Below are positions 46,337 through 55,137 of a DNA stretch of 64,000 nt, in pieces. Each line of letters opens with the position of its first letter. The first letter of the stretch is position 1. The DNA is taken from NCBI GenBank assembly GCA_964443745.1, contig CAYUEN010000005.1:606-64605 (forward strand), read 5' to 3'. Below the pieces are notes generated by a model. It had not been told where the DNA came from. It saw nothing but the letters and a program-made list of their open reading frames with translations, and ran no database searches. A program made the translations under genes and the position numbers. Origin of the DNA: an uncultured Campylobacterales bacterium (GTDB taxonomy: Bacteria > Campylobacterota > Campylobacteria > Campylobacterales > QNZT01).

Positions 46337-47542
46337 ATGAAACGATCGATACAGCTTTTGGTGGCTTCGGCCACACTGCTTTGCGCAAGCGGCTACAGAA
46401 TCCCCGAACAGTCGGCCGATTCGGTCGCACTCAGCGGCGCTTATGTCGCCAACAGCAGCGGTGCGGATGCCAGCTATTACAACCCCGCCAACCTCGCTTT
46501 CAATCCAGACACCCCTCTGCTCCAAGCGGATCTGACCTATATCGGACTGAACGAAATCACCTACAAAGACAACCGAAACCCCGCATACAACGGCTCATCC
46601 AAATCGGAAACCTTTCTCATCCCCACACTCTTTTACAGTTCCGAATCGTTCCAAAACGTTCGCTACGGCCTCTCCCTGACCGCACCGGGTGGCCTCTCCA
46701 AACGGTGGAGCGATCCCTATCCCAAGACGTTCGCGGAGGAGTTTACGCTCAGAATCATCGAATTCAACCCCGTCGTCGCCTACAGACTTACCGATACATT
46801 CGCAATTGCAGGCGGTATCCGGATTCTCTACAGCGACGGCGAGGTCAAAAGCGACGGCAGCGGTATCGGCCGACCCGCGATCAGAGATATGGAGGGAGAT
46901 ACGACGGAATTCGGATACAATGTCGCTCTAGCCTACCGGCCGATTCCCACCCTCAACATCTCCGCCACCTACCGCTCCAATGTCGATATCAACGAAGAAG
47001 GCAACGCCAAACTCTATCTGAGCGGCACCAAACTCTACGACGGCGGAGCGAGCGTCCAAATCCCGCTTCCGGCCGTCGCGACGCTCGCTGTAGCCTACAC
47101 CTACGAAAAGACGACCGTGGAGCTGGAGTACGATCGCACCTACTGGTCGGAGTACGAAACCCTCGATTTTCAGTACAAGGATGCGATTCCGATGGTACTG
47201 AGAAGTTCGTTCGACGATCCGATACCCAAAAACTGGAAAGATACCGACGCTTTCAGAATCGGTCTGACGCACCGCTACAGCGAGAGATTGAAACTGATGG
47301 CGGGGTTTGCGATCGACGAGAGTCCGATACCCGAAAACACGCTCAATTTCGAACTTCCCGATTCGGACGCGACGATCTACTCCGCCGGTTTCGACTATCG
47401 CTACGACGACAGACTCCATCTCGTGATGGGTGCGCTTTATGACAAAAAAGAGAGCCGAAGCGTACACAACCACCTCATAGACGGCAGGTTCGAGGATGCG
47501 AGTGCGTTGCTGATTTCCTTCGGATTGCGTTATCGCTACTGA
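46337..47542 (+). CDS. FadL/OmpP1/TodX-family outer-membrane transporter for hydrophobic compounds
   Basis: Signal peptide. N-terminal hatch SGYRIPEQSADSVALSGAYVANSSGADASYYNPANLAF. Beta-barrel periodicity with a terminal ...FGLRYRY. Confidence 0.8.
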   Translation: MKRSIQLLVASATLLCASGYRIPEQSADSVALSGAYVANSSGADASYYNPANLAFNPDTPLLQADLTYIGLNEITYKDNRNPAYNGSSKSETFLIPTLFYSSESFQNVRYGLSLTAPGGLSKRWSDPYPKTFAEEFTLRIIEFNPVVAYRLTDTFAIAGGIRILYSDGEVKSDGSGIGRPAIRDMEGDTTEFGYNVALAYRPIPTLNISATYRSNVDINEEGNAKLYLSGTKLYDGGASVQIPLPAVATLAVAYTYEKTTVELEYDRTYWSEYETLDFQYKDAIPMVLRSSFDDPIPKNWKDTDAFRIGLTHRYSERLKLMAGFAIDESPIPENTLNFELPDSDATIYSAGFDYRYDDRLHLVMGALYDKKESRSVHNHLIDGRFEDASALLISFGLRYRY

Positions 47543-48159
47543 AGCAGAAGCTTTTGCAAAGAGGCGATCGAATCGATCGCCTCGCCGTCAGCCCCGAACC
47601 CCCACCCCACATTGAGAAAATCGATACCCGCCTCTTTCGCGGCCATCCGGTCTTTGGGGCTATCACCAATGAGCAGATAATCCTCTTTGGACCAACCGTA
47701 ATACGAAACGATCAGATCGATCATCTCGGGATGGGGCTTTGGTTTTAGGACTTCGTCTCCGCAGACGAGCAGATCGAAAAAACGGTCGATACGGTTAGCA
47801 AACAGTATCTGCTCGGCCGAAACTCTGTAAGCGTTGGTCGCGATACAGAGTCTCTTCGAACTTTTTCTCAGACGCTTCAGGAGATCTTCCACCCCGGGAT
47901 AGAGTCTGGTCTCTTTGCGGTGATGTTTCGCATAATACTCTTGAAACCAGAGAATATGGACCTTTTCGTACGCCTTTATACCGTAAAAGTAGGATGGCGC
48001 ATGGATGGTAGGATCGTTGATACCTTTTAGAATCGAGGCTTTTTCCATCGCTCCCATTCCCAGGTGCCTTCTGACGTAGTTGATCGCGTTGCAGATCACA
48101 TCCGACGAATCGATCAAAGTTCCGTCCATATCGAATATCAGACATCTTTTATGCTGCAA
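47536..48159 (-). CDS. HAD-superfamily hydrolase (phosphoglycolate phosphatase-like)
   Basis: CLIFDMDGTLIDS (motif I), ATNA (motif II) and GDSPKD (motif IV). Confidence 0.8.
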   Translation of the reverse strand: MQHKRCLIFDMDGTLIDSSDVICNAINYVRRHLGMGAMEKASILKGINDPTIHAPSYFYGIKAYEKVHILWFQEYYAKHHRKETRLYPGVEDLLKRLRKSSKRLCIATNAYRVSAEQILFANRIDRFFDLLVCGDEVLKPKPHPEMIDLIVSYYGWSKEDYLLIGDSPKDRMAAKEAGIDFLNVGWGFGADGEAIDSIASLQKLLLQ

Positions 48160-49754
48160 GCGAGCACCTCCTTCAAGATGGTATCCGCCACGACACGGCT
48201 GGCGTTGACGATATGGTTCACCGCAAAGGTTTCGATGATTTTCTGGTGGCTTTCGTTTTGGACCTTGACGATCGTGTTGACATCGGGTGCGATAGAGGTG
48301 ACGGCGTCGACGACCATCCGGGTCTTGGCGACGTTTTCGATCGCGACGACGACGGCGAGCGCCTCCTTGATTCCCGCCGCCTCCAGAACCGTCCGCTCCA
48401 TCGCGTTGCCGAGGATCATCGGCTCTTTTGCGGATTGGGCGAGTTTCGCGAGCGTATAGTCGTGTTCGATCACGAGATAGTCGATTCCCAGCGTTTTGAG
48501 TTTTTTGGCCAATTTCTGGCCGAGCGGGCCGTATCCGCAGATGACGACATGGTTTCGATACCCCTGCGATCTGAGGATCAACTGCGTTTCAGGCTCCTTC
48601 AAAAAGATCGTATCGGCGATCTTTTTGAGGTGGTTGATGACAAACGGGGTCAGAATCATCGAAAGGACGACCATGACGATCAGAATCTGGTTGACAGTCG
48701 GATCGATCAACCCGTTTTGGGATGCGAGCGCGAAAATCGCGAGCGCGAACTCACCCACCTGCATCAGTGTCAAAGAGGCTTTGAGCGCGGTGCGCTTTTG
48801 TAAAAAGAGGTTGAGCGCTCCAAAAAGCAACAACGCCTTGAGAAGCATCACCGCAACGAGCAGCGCCAACACCGTATAGCGGTTTTGCCAGACGATCGCC
48901 AAATCGATCTGCATCCCGATCGTAACGAAAAAGATACCCAGTAGAATATCGCGAAAAGAGATCAAATCAGATTCGATTCGGTATTTGAACTTCGTCTCCG
49001 CAAGTGTCATGCCCGCCAAAAAAGCTCCCAGCGAATAGGTAAATCCCAACCGATGCGCCATATAAGAGGCACCCACCACGACAAGCAGCGTCGCGATCAG
49101 AAAGATCTCCTCCGAATCGGTGGAGAGCACCCACTCCAGAAAGTACTCCAACAGATATTTTCCCACTACGAAGATGATCAACAGCAAAATCGCCATATCG
49201 ACCATCGTCCAGAAAAGGAGCGTACCGACGGCCTGGCTTTGCGAAGTGAAAAGAGAGATCATCAGCAGGATCGGAATTACGGCGATATCTTGAAACAGCA
49301 ACACTCCCAGGCTCACCCGCCCGTATCCGCTGTGCAGCTCTCCCCTTTCGTTCAGCATCTTCAAGACGATCGCCGTGGAAGAGAGCGCCAAGGCGAATCC
49401 GATGACGATGGCGCTTTTGAGTTCGATACCCAGCACTTCATGGCTGAAGGCTCCGAAGAGATTTCCCGTGAGCATCAACTGCAAAAAACCGAAAACGAAC
49501 ACCTCTTTTTTCATGGAAAGCAGATGACGGATCGAAAACTCCAATCCGATCGTGAACATCAAAAAGACGATCCCGAACTCCGCCAGATGGGAGAGCGTAC
49601 TGTTTTCGTGATGGGGAAGGTCGAAAAGATAGGTGATCATCGTACCCGAAAAGATATAGCCGATGACGGTGGGTATCGCGAACCGTTTGAAGAGTACGTT
49701 GAGGATCGTCGCGATCAGGATCGTCGTCAAAAAGATCGGCAATATCTGCTGCAT
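48138..49754 (-). CDS. CPA2-family cation:proton antiporter with a C-terminal RCK/TrkA-N domain (Kef-type)
   Basis: About 12 TM Na_H exchanger core, then NHVVICGYGPLGQKLAKKL (Rossmann GxGxxG). Confidence 0.85.
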   Translation of the reverse strand: MQQILPIFLTTILIATILNVLFKRFAIPTVIGYIFSGTMITYLFDLPHHENSTLSHLAEFGIVFLMFTIGLEFSIRHLLSMKKEVFVFGFLQLMLTGNLFGAFSHEVLGIELKSAIVIGFALALSSTAIVLKMLNERGELHSGYGRVSLGVLLFQDIAVIPILLMISLFTSQSQAVGTLLFWTMVDMAILLLIIFVVGKYLLEYFLEWVLSTDSEEIFLIATLLVVVGASYMAHRLGFTYSLGAFLAGMTLAETKFKYRIESDLISFRDILLGIFFVTIGMQIDLAIVWQNRYTVLALLVAVMLLKALLLFGALNLFLQKRTALKASLTLMQVGEFALAIFALASQNGLIDPTVNQILIVMVVLSMILTPFVINHLKKIADTIFLKEPETQLILRSQGYRNHVVICGYGPLGQKLAKKLKTLGIDYLVIEHDYTLAKLAQSAKEPMILGNAMERTVLEAAGIKEALAVVVAIENVAKTRMVVDAVTSIAPDVNTIVKVQNESHQKIIETFAVNHIVNASRVVADTILKEVLACSIKDV

Positions 49755-49818
49755 CCCGCCCCCTTAGGATAATTTCACGATTTTCTGGCACAATTGTATC
49801 ATAAAGGTGTCGATATTG

Positions 49819-49824
49819 TATAAT
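49819..49824 (+). promoter_or_regulatory. candidate -10 (TATAAT) for the thioredoxin-like gene
   Basis: ATTGTATAATCAC lies about 20 nt upstream of TTG 49845, with SD AGGAG between them. Confidence 0.35.
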
Positions 49825-49844
49825 CACCCAAAAGGAGTGAAGTA

Positions 49845-50216
49845 TTGAAAAAAATCGTTTTTTTAACTCTATGGACGATCTTGTCTCTTTTTGCGAAGCC
49901 TTCCGTTGCGCAACCCAAACTCCAAATGCTTTTTGTCTACCAGGATGGATGCTTCTGGTGCGAGAAGATGGAGAGAGAGCTTTTTGACAAGCCCTCCAAC
50001 ATGGCGAAAATTTCGCGTCGATACCGCTTCGCGAAGATGAACAAAAACGATCCGAAACTCCCCGTTTTTTTGGATCCGCACTTCTTTCCCACCACCTATA
50101 TCCTCTCACCCGATGGCAAACGGATAGTGGACGAACTGCCCGGATATATGAAAACCGACCAATTCCTCGACTATATCAAAGAGCTCTACGAATTGGAGGG
50201 ACACACCTCCCGTTAG
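49845..50216 (+). CDS. periplasmic thioredoxin-fold protein (CxxC)
   Basis: TTG start after AGGAG. Signal peptide MKKIVFLTLWTILSLFA. Active-site-like DGCFWCEKM, and FPTTYIL (cis-Pro region). Confidence 0.6.
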   Translation: MKKIVFLTLWTILSLFAKPSVAQPKLQMLFVYQDGCFWCEKMERELFDKPSNMAKISRRYRFAKMNKNDPKLPVFLDPHFFPTTYILSPDGKRIVDELPGYMKTDQFLDYIKELYELEGHTSR

Positions 50217-50276
50217 CGCACTTTTACCCCTTTTTGGATAGAATCCCCCAAATTTCACCACCGAAGGGAGTTGTTT

Positions 50277-52910
50277 ATGCAAAACAACGAAAGTGTATAC
50301 GACCCGCACGATATCGAAAAAAGATACTACAGAATCTGGGAGGAGCGCGGCTATTTCGAAGTGGACGGGAACAAACAGATACAGGATGAGGGAAAACACT
50401 TCTGTATCATGATGCCCCCGCCCAATGTCACCGGCTCTCTCCATATCGGCCATGCGCTCACTTTCACCCTGCAAGACATCATGACGCGTTACAAAAGGAT
50501 GGACGGCTACAGAACGCTTTGGCAGCCCGGTACCGACCATGCCGGAATCGCGACGCAAAACGTCGTCGAAAAGCAGCTGCTCGCGGAAGGAACGACGAAA
50601 GAGGAGTTGGGGCGCGAAGCCTTTTTGGAGCGCGTCTGGAAGTGGAAAGCCTACAGCGGCGGTGAAATTGTCCATCAGATGCGCAGACTCGGCGTCTCTC
50701 CAGCGTGGAGCAGAGAGCGCTTCACGATGGACGAAGGACTCAAGAACGCCGTCAAAAAGGCGTTCGTACGGCTATATGAAGAGGGATTGATCGTCCGGGA
50801 CAACTATATGGTCAACTGGTGTACGCATGATGGCGCTCTCAGCGACATCGAAGTCGAATACGAAGAGACGATGGGCCACCTCTACCACATACGCTATCCT
50901 CTCAGCGACGGAAGCGGTTACGTGGTCGTCGCCACGACACGTCCGGAGACCTATTTCGGCGATACGGCCGTGATGGTCCATCCCGACGACGAACGCTACC
51001 GAAAACTGGTGGGAAAACGGGTGAAACTCCCCCTGATAGGAAGAGAGATACCGATCATCGCGGATGATCATGTCGACAGAGAGTTCGGTACCGGTATAGT
51101 CAAAGTCACACCCGCTCACGATCCCAACGACTACGAAGTGGGTAAGCGGCACCATCTGCCTTTCGTCACATGTTTTGACGAAAAGGGATTTTTGAACGAA
51201 GCTTGCGGAGAGTTCGAAGGGTTGGAGCGATTGGCGGCCAGAGAGAAGGTGGTGGAGAGGCTACAAGAAGAGGGATTCGTCGAAAAGATCGAACCTCACC
51301 AGCATCAGGTAGGACACTGCTATCGCTGTAAAAACGTAGTAGAACCCTATATCTCCAGACAGTGGTTCGTCAAGAAGGAGATCGCCGACGAAGCGATCGC
51401 GAAGGTCGCGGCCGGAGAAACCAAATTTTTCCCACCCCACTGGATCAACTCATTCAACGCATGGATGAACGAATTACGGGACTGGTGCATCTCCAGACAG
51501 CTCTGGTGGGGCCACAGGATTCCCGTTTTCTACTGTAGAAGCTGCGATCATGAATGGGCGACGGAAATCGAACATCCCGGTAGCTGTCCTGCTTGTGGCT
51601 CCAAAGACATCTTCCAGGATCCGGACGTATTGGATACCTGGTTTAGTTCCGGGCTCTGGCCCTTCTCGACATTGGGATGGGGAAACGGCGAGTTTGGGGA
51701 AGGAGTCTTGTGGCAAAAAGACGACCTGGAGAAATTCTATCCCAATTCGATGCTGATTACGGGATTTGATATCCTCTTTTTCTGGGTCGCACGGATGATG
51801 TTCAGCGGGGTCCATTTTTTGAAAGAGGTACCTTTCAAGGATGTCTATCTCCATGCGCTCGTACGGGACGAACACGGCGCGAAGATGAGCAAATCCAAAG
51901 GAAACGTCATCGATCCGCTCGATATGATCGAAGCTTTCAACGCCGACACGCTTCGCTTCACTCTGGCCGCTCTCGCCGTCCAGGGGCGCGACATCAAACT
52001 CAGTCGCGAAAAACTGGGGCTGTATCGCAACTTCACCAACAAACTCCACAACGCCACCAGATTTCTGCTGCTCAACCACGAAAGATTCGACGATCTCGAA
52101 GAGGCGAAGATCGACACGCCGTTGGGTCGCTATATGCTCAGCCGTTTTTATGCCGCCACCGCATCGGTCAGGGAAGCGATCGACAGTTACCGTTTCAACG
52201 ATGCGGCGATGGCGCTCTATCGCTTCTTCTGGGGAGAGTTCTGCGACTGGGGAATCGAACTCTCCAAAGCGGACAAAGCGAGCATCGCGGAACTGGGTAG
52301 CATCTACAAAGCCTCGCTCAAGCTTTTGCATCCTTTTATGCCCTTTATCAGCGAGCATCTTTACCATATGCTAAGCGGTACGAAGCTGGAAGACTCCCGA
52401 TCGATCATGGTGATGCGCTACCCCAAAGCTCAAGATAGAGACGAGAAGATCGAGCGCGAATTCGCTCTCGTCATCGATGCGATCGTCGGAATCCGTCGAG
52501 CGAAAGCGAACATCGACCTGGCAAACCGGCCGATCGATCGAGCGATGATTCAAAACCACACTTCCGTGGATATTACCAACAAGGCCCCCTTCATCGAAAA
52601 GCTGGCGAAAGTAAAAGAGGTGCGTTTTGTTGATGACAAACCCCAAAACGTCGTCGCCGACATCTCCCGCAGCCTTAGTTGCTACATCCCGCTGGAGGGG
52701 GTCGATCTGCAACCGATCCTCGAACGCCTGCGGCATCAGAAGGAGAAGCTCGAAAAAGAGATTCAAAAGATACAGAAGATGCTTTCCAACGAAAAATTCG
52801 TCGCAAACGCCCCGGAAGCCGTCGTCGCACAAAATCGCGAAGCGCTTGAGCGGGCGATCGAGCAACGAACGAAAGTGGAAGGGGAGTTGAAAAATCTGGG
52901 CGATTCGTAA
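50277..52910 (+). CDS. valS: valine--tRNA ligase
   Basis: PPPNVTGSLHIGHAL (HIGH), KMSKSKGN (KMSKS) and a C-terminal coiled coil. ATG 50277 lies 7 nt after GGGAG. Confidence 0.95.
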   Translation: MQNNESVYDPHDIEKRYYRIWEERGYFEVDGNKQIQDEGKHFCIMMPPPNVTGSLHIGHALTFTLQDIMTRYKRMDGYRTLWQPGTDHAGIATQNVVEKQLLAEGTTKEELGREAFLERVWKWKAYSGGEIVHQMRRLGVSPAWSRERFTMDEGLKNAVKKAFVRLYEEGLIVRDNYMVNWCTHDGALSDIEVEYEETMGHLYHIRYPLSDGSGYVVVATTRPETYFGDTAVMVHPDDERYRKLVGKRVKLPLIGREIPIIADDHVDREFGTGIVKVTPAHDPNDYEVGKRHHLPFVTCFDEKGFLNEACGEFEGLERLAAREKVVERLQEEGFVEKIEPHQHQVGHCYRCKNVVEPYISRQWFVKKEIADEAIAKVAAGETKFFPPHWINSFNAWMNELRDWCISRQLWWGHRIPVFYCRSCDHEWATEIEHPGSCPACGSKDIFQDPDVLDTWFSSGLWPFSTLGWGNGEFGEGVLWQKDDLEKFYPNSMLITGFDILFFWVARMMFSGVHFLKEVPFKDVYLHALVRDEHGAKMSKSKGNVIDPLDMIEAFNADTLRFTLAALAVQGRDIKLSREKLGLYRNFTNKLHNATRFLLLNHERFDDLEEAKIDTPLGRYMLSRFYAATASVREAIDSYRFNDAAMALYRFFWGEFCDWGIELSKADKASIAELGSIYKASLKLLHPFMPFISEHLYHMLSGTKLEDSRSIMVMRYPKAQDRDEKIEREFALVIDAIVGIRRAKANIDLANRPIDRAMIQNHTSVDITNKAPFIEKLAKVKEVRFVDDKPQNVVADISRSLSCYIPLEGVDLQPILERLRHQKEKLEKEIQKIQKMLSNEKFVANAPEAVVAQNREALERAIEQRTKVEGELKNLGDS

Positions 52911-52935
52911 AGGGCGCCGGATCCGGAAATACGAT

Positions 52936-53505
52936 CTAGATCCGATACCCGCTCAACACCGTGACGATGGTCTCATCGGGTTTGATAAGATAACCGGTGG
53001 CATCTTCGTAGCTGACCACCTCCACATATAGATCCCGCCATCTTCCGTGATATTCGAAAAGATTTTTTTTGATGCCATTTTTCAAATGCAACTCTTTTGA
53101 GGAAACCTTTTGCCAACCACGCTCCTTAAACCCTTTTTCCAAAAGCGAGACGATTTTGCTGTACGCCTTTTGTTTTTCCTTGCTGACAAAATGGGCGATA
53201 TCGCTTAGAGGATAGGTTTTGGCATATTCTCTCTTTTTCGTTTCGTCAAACTAGGTTATCCCCGTTCCGTTTAAAACGACGGGCTTGTAAATTTTGGCAT
53301 AAGGAAAAGTGTGTTGCAATACTTGATCTTGAGATTTTAGATGCAAACGATCGATCACCCCCAGCATCTTCAAATCCGTATCGCTAAAACTTGAAAAAGT
53401 GGAAGTGTCGGCAGGTATACGGCAGGGTAACGACAGAAGCAGATACAGCGTCAAAAAAATGCGATTGGTGCGCCGTTTTTCATGTCGCCATTCTCCCAAA
53501 ACCAT
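52936..53505 (-). pseudogene. secreted-protein gene interrupted by one in-frame TAG (53251-53253): probable pseudogene or sequencing error
   Basis: ORFs 53251..53505 and 52936..53142 are in the same frame. The hand-read junction is ...VVLNGTGIT * FDETKKREYAKTYPLSDIAHFVSKEKQKAYSKIVSL LEKGF.... The 36 codons after the TAG are open and protein-like but contain no start codon. Confidence 0.55.
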
Positions 53506-53569
53506 TCGAAGATGCGAGAGCCTACCGCAATACTGGTAGATTAGATGAAAAATCTAGAGAAAGAAATCA

Positions 53570-54019
53570 TCAAGCGCCTGTAAAATTGGGTATTCGAATC
53601 ATCTGACCTGGATAGATTTTATCCGGATGCTTGATCACTTCGCGATTGGCTTCGAAAATCTCTTTGTAGCGACTGCCGTCTTTGTAGTAGATTTCGGCGA
53701 TTTTCCAGAGAGTGTCGCCTTTTTGCACCTCATAATAGAGATCCTGTAGAGGCTGAGGCTCCTCTTCCGTCTCCAACTCATCCGTCACCACTTTGGATAC
53801 CCCTTCGATATTACCCGCAATCAGTGCCGCTTTTGCGACATCTTCACTGTTTCTGGCCTTGCCGCTGAGCCTCACCGTCTCACCCTCCACTCTCACTTCC
53901 AGATCCTCGATAGGCATCGTGGCGCTGTTGCTGGCGATCTCGTTTTTGATCGCTTCATTGTCGTCTCCCCGACCCAGCAGTCTCTTTCCGGCATCTTTGA
54001 CGAAATCGAAAAAGCCCAT
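53570..54019 (-). CDS. kbp: BON plus LysM domain protein (potassium-binding protein Kbp/YgaU type)
   Basis: MGFFDFVKDAGKRLLG..., then BON (VRVEGETVRLSGKARNSEDVAKAALIAGNIEGVSKV) and LysM (YEVQKGDTLWKIAEIYYKDGSRYKEIFEANREVIKHPDKIYPGQMIRIP). Confidence 0.85.
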   Translation of the reverse strand: MGFFDFVKDAGKRLLGRGDDNEAIKNEIASNSATMPIEDLEVRVEGETVRLSGKARNSEDVAKAALIAGNIEGVSKVVTDELETEEEPQPLQDLYYEVQKGDTLWKIAEIYYKDGSRYKEIFEANREVIKHPDKIYPGQMIRIPNFTGA

Positions 54020-54077
54020 TTTAGCTCCTTTTCCAAAATATTTCATTCCATTATAGGGAAGTGGGCTTTATAGGAAA

Positions 54078-54605
54078 TTATTTTTTCGGTCTAAATATTT
54101 TTATAACCTCTTCATGAGCTTCGATATAAGGACCCCCTATCAGATCGATACAGTAGGGAACGGCGGGAAAAACCGCATCCAGACACTCGCGGATCGATTT
54201 GGGTTTGCCGGGGAGATTGATGATCAGGCTCTTTCCCCGGATCCCTGCGGTCTGCCTGGAGAGAATAGCGGTGGGTACGTACTGCAGACTCACTTGGCGC
54301 ATCAACTCTCCAAATCCAGGTAGAAGCTTGTCGCATACCGCTTCGGTGGCTTCGGGCGTCACGTCTCTGGGAGCCGGACCGGTTCCCCCGGTCGTGACCA
54401 CCAGCGCACACCCCTTCTCACAGAGTTCGATCAATGTTTTTTCTATCGTCTCTTTCTCGTCCGGAATACAGCGATAATGCTCTTCGAAAGGATTTTTCAG
54501 ATACGCCTTCATCGTGTCGATGATCGCCATACCCGAAATATCCTCATAAACTCCACTACTCGCACGATCTGATGCCGTCACGATGCCTATCTTGACAAGA
54601 TCCAT
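54078..54605 (-). CDS. mogA: molybdopterin adenylyltransferase MogA
   Basis: MDLVKIGIVTASDRAS.GVYEDISG, VVTTGGTGPAPRDVTPEAT and SRQTAGIRGKSLIINLPGKPKS. ATG 54605 follows AGGAG. Confidence 0.88.
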   Translation of the reverse strand: MDLVKIGIVTASDRASSGVYEDISGMAIIDTMKAYLKNPFEEHYRCIPDEKETIEKTLIELCEKGCALVVTTGGTGPAPRDVTPEATEAVCDKLLPGFGELMRQVSLQYVPTAILSRQTAGIRGKSLIINLPGKPKSIRECLDAVFPAVPYCIDLIGGPYIEAHEEVIKIFRPKK

Positions 54606-55137
54606 ATTCCGCTCCTTCGATGATATGACCACAATTTTTGAAGTAGTATACCGAAGCATACTTTGCAAACCACTCTTTCGCGCTTTGTGCGTCGACGATT
54701 CGATCTTTCGCTCCCAGATAGACTTCGATCACCACGCCACGATCGAGAAGGCGTCGGATTTTTCGCTCCTCCCAGCGGTAGCGAAGCAGAAATTCGAGCG
54801 ATGTGTAATCGACAGCGCCCCGATAGGGGCTTAGGTCCAAATCAGACGGGTAGGCGCAGTTGTGAAGAAAACGTTCCATATACGTGTCGGGATCGTTTCG
54901 GAAAGCGGAAAGCTGGAGCCGTTTGAAAGCTTCCGTTTGACTCTGGAAAAAGGCGGGAGAGAGAAGTTGAAGCAGGTCCACTCTACGATCGGATGCGAGC
55001 GTATATTCGAAAGCCTCTATCGCCCCCTTGCTGAAACCAGCCACGGTGTAATCACTTTCTATCAGGTACTTCTCGAAGAGTTCCGATTCATTTTGTAGTC
55101 CAAAACCGCTAAAGAACCGCACCGATGATCTCTCCAA
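54556..55137 (-). CDS. small alpha/beta hydrolase; candidate pimeloyl-ACP methyl ester esterase type (BioG/BioV-like; low confidence on function)
   Basis: FFSGFGL, nucleophile elbow GFSKGA, late Asp (GAKDRIV) and late His (NCGHII). Start is TTG 55137 or GTG 55122. Confidence 0.6.
   Translation of the reverse strand: MERSSVRFFSGFGLQNESELFEKYLIESDYTVAGFSKGAIEAFEYTLASDRRVDLLQLLSPAFFQSQTEAFKRLQLSAFRNDPDTYMERFLHNCAYPSDLDLSPYRGAVDYTSLEFLLRYRWEERKIRRLLDRGVVIEVYLGAKDRIVDAQSAKEWFAKYASVYYFKNCGHIIEGAEYGSCQDRHRDGIRSCE

Noticed and set aside
46381-47442. 353-aa same-strand alternative-frame ORF inside the FadL-family gene; extremely Arg- and Gln-rich
   Set aside because: It has the composition typical of an out-of-frame read of a beta-barrel gene. 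The FadL frame has a signal peptide, the hatch motif and a terminal aromatic residue.
53251-53253. The in-frame TAG read as a recoded codon (pyrrolysine or programmed read-through)
   Set aside because: There are no pyl genes or PYLIS-like context in view, and Pyl is not known in this lineage. A nonsense mutation or a sequencing error is far more parsimonious.
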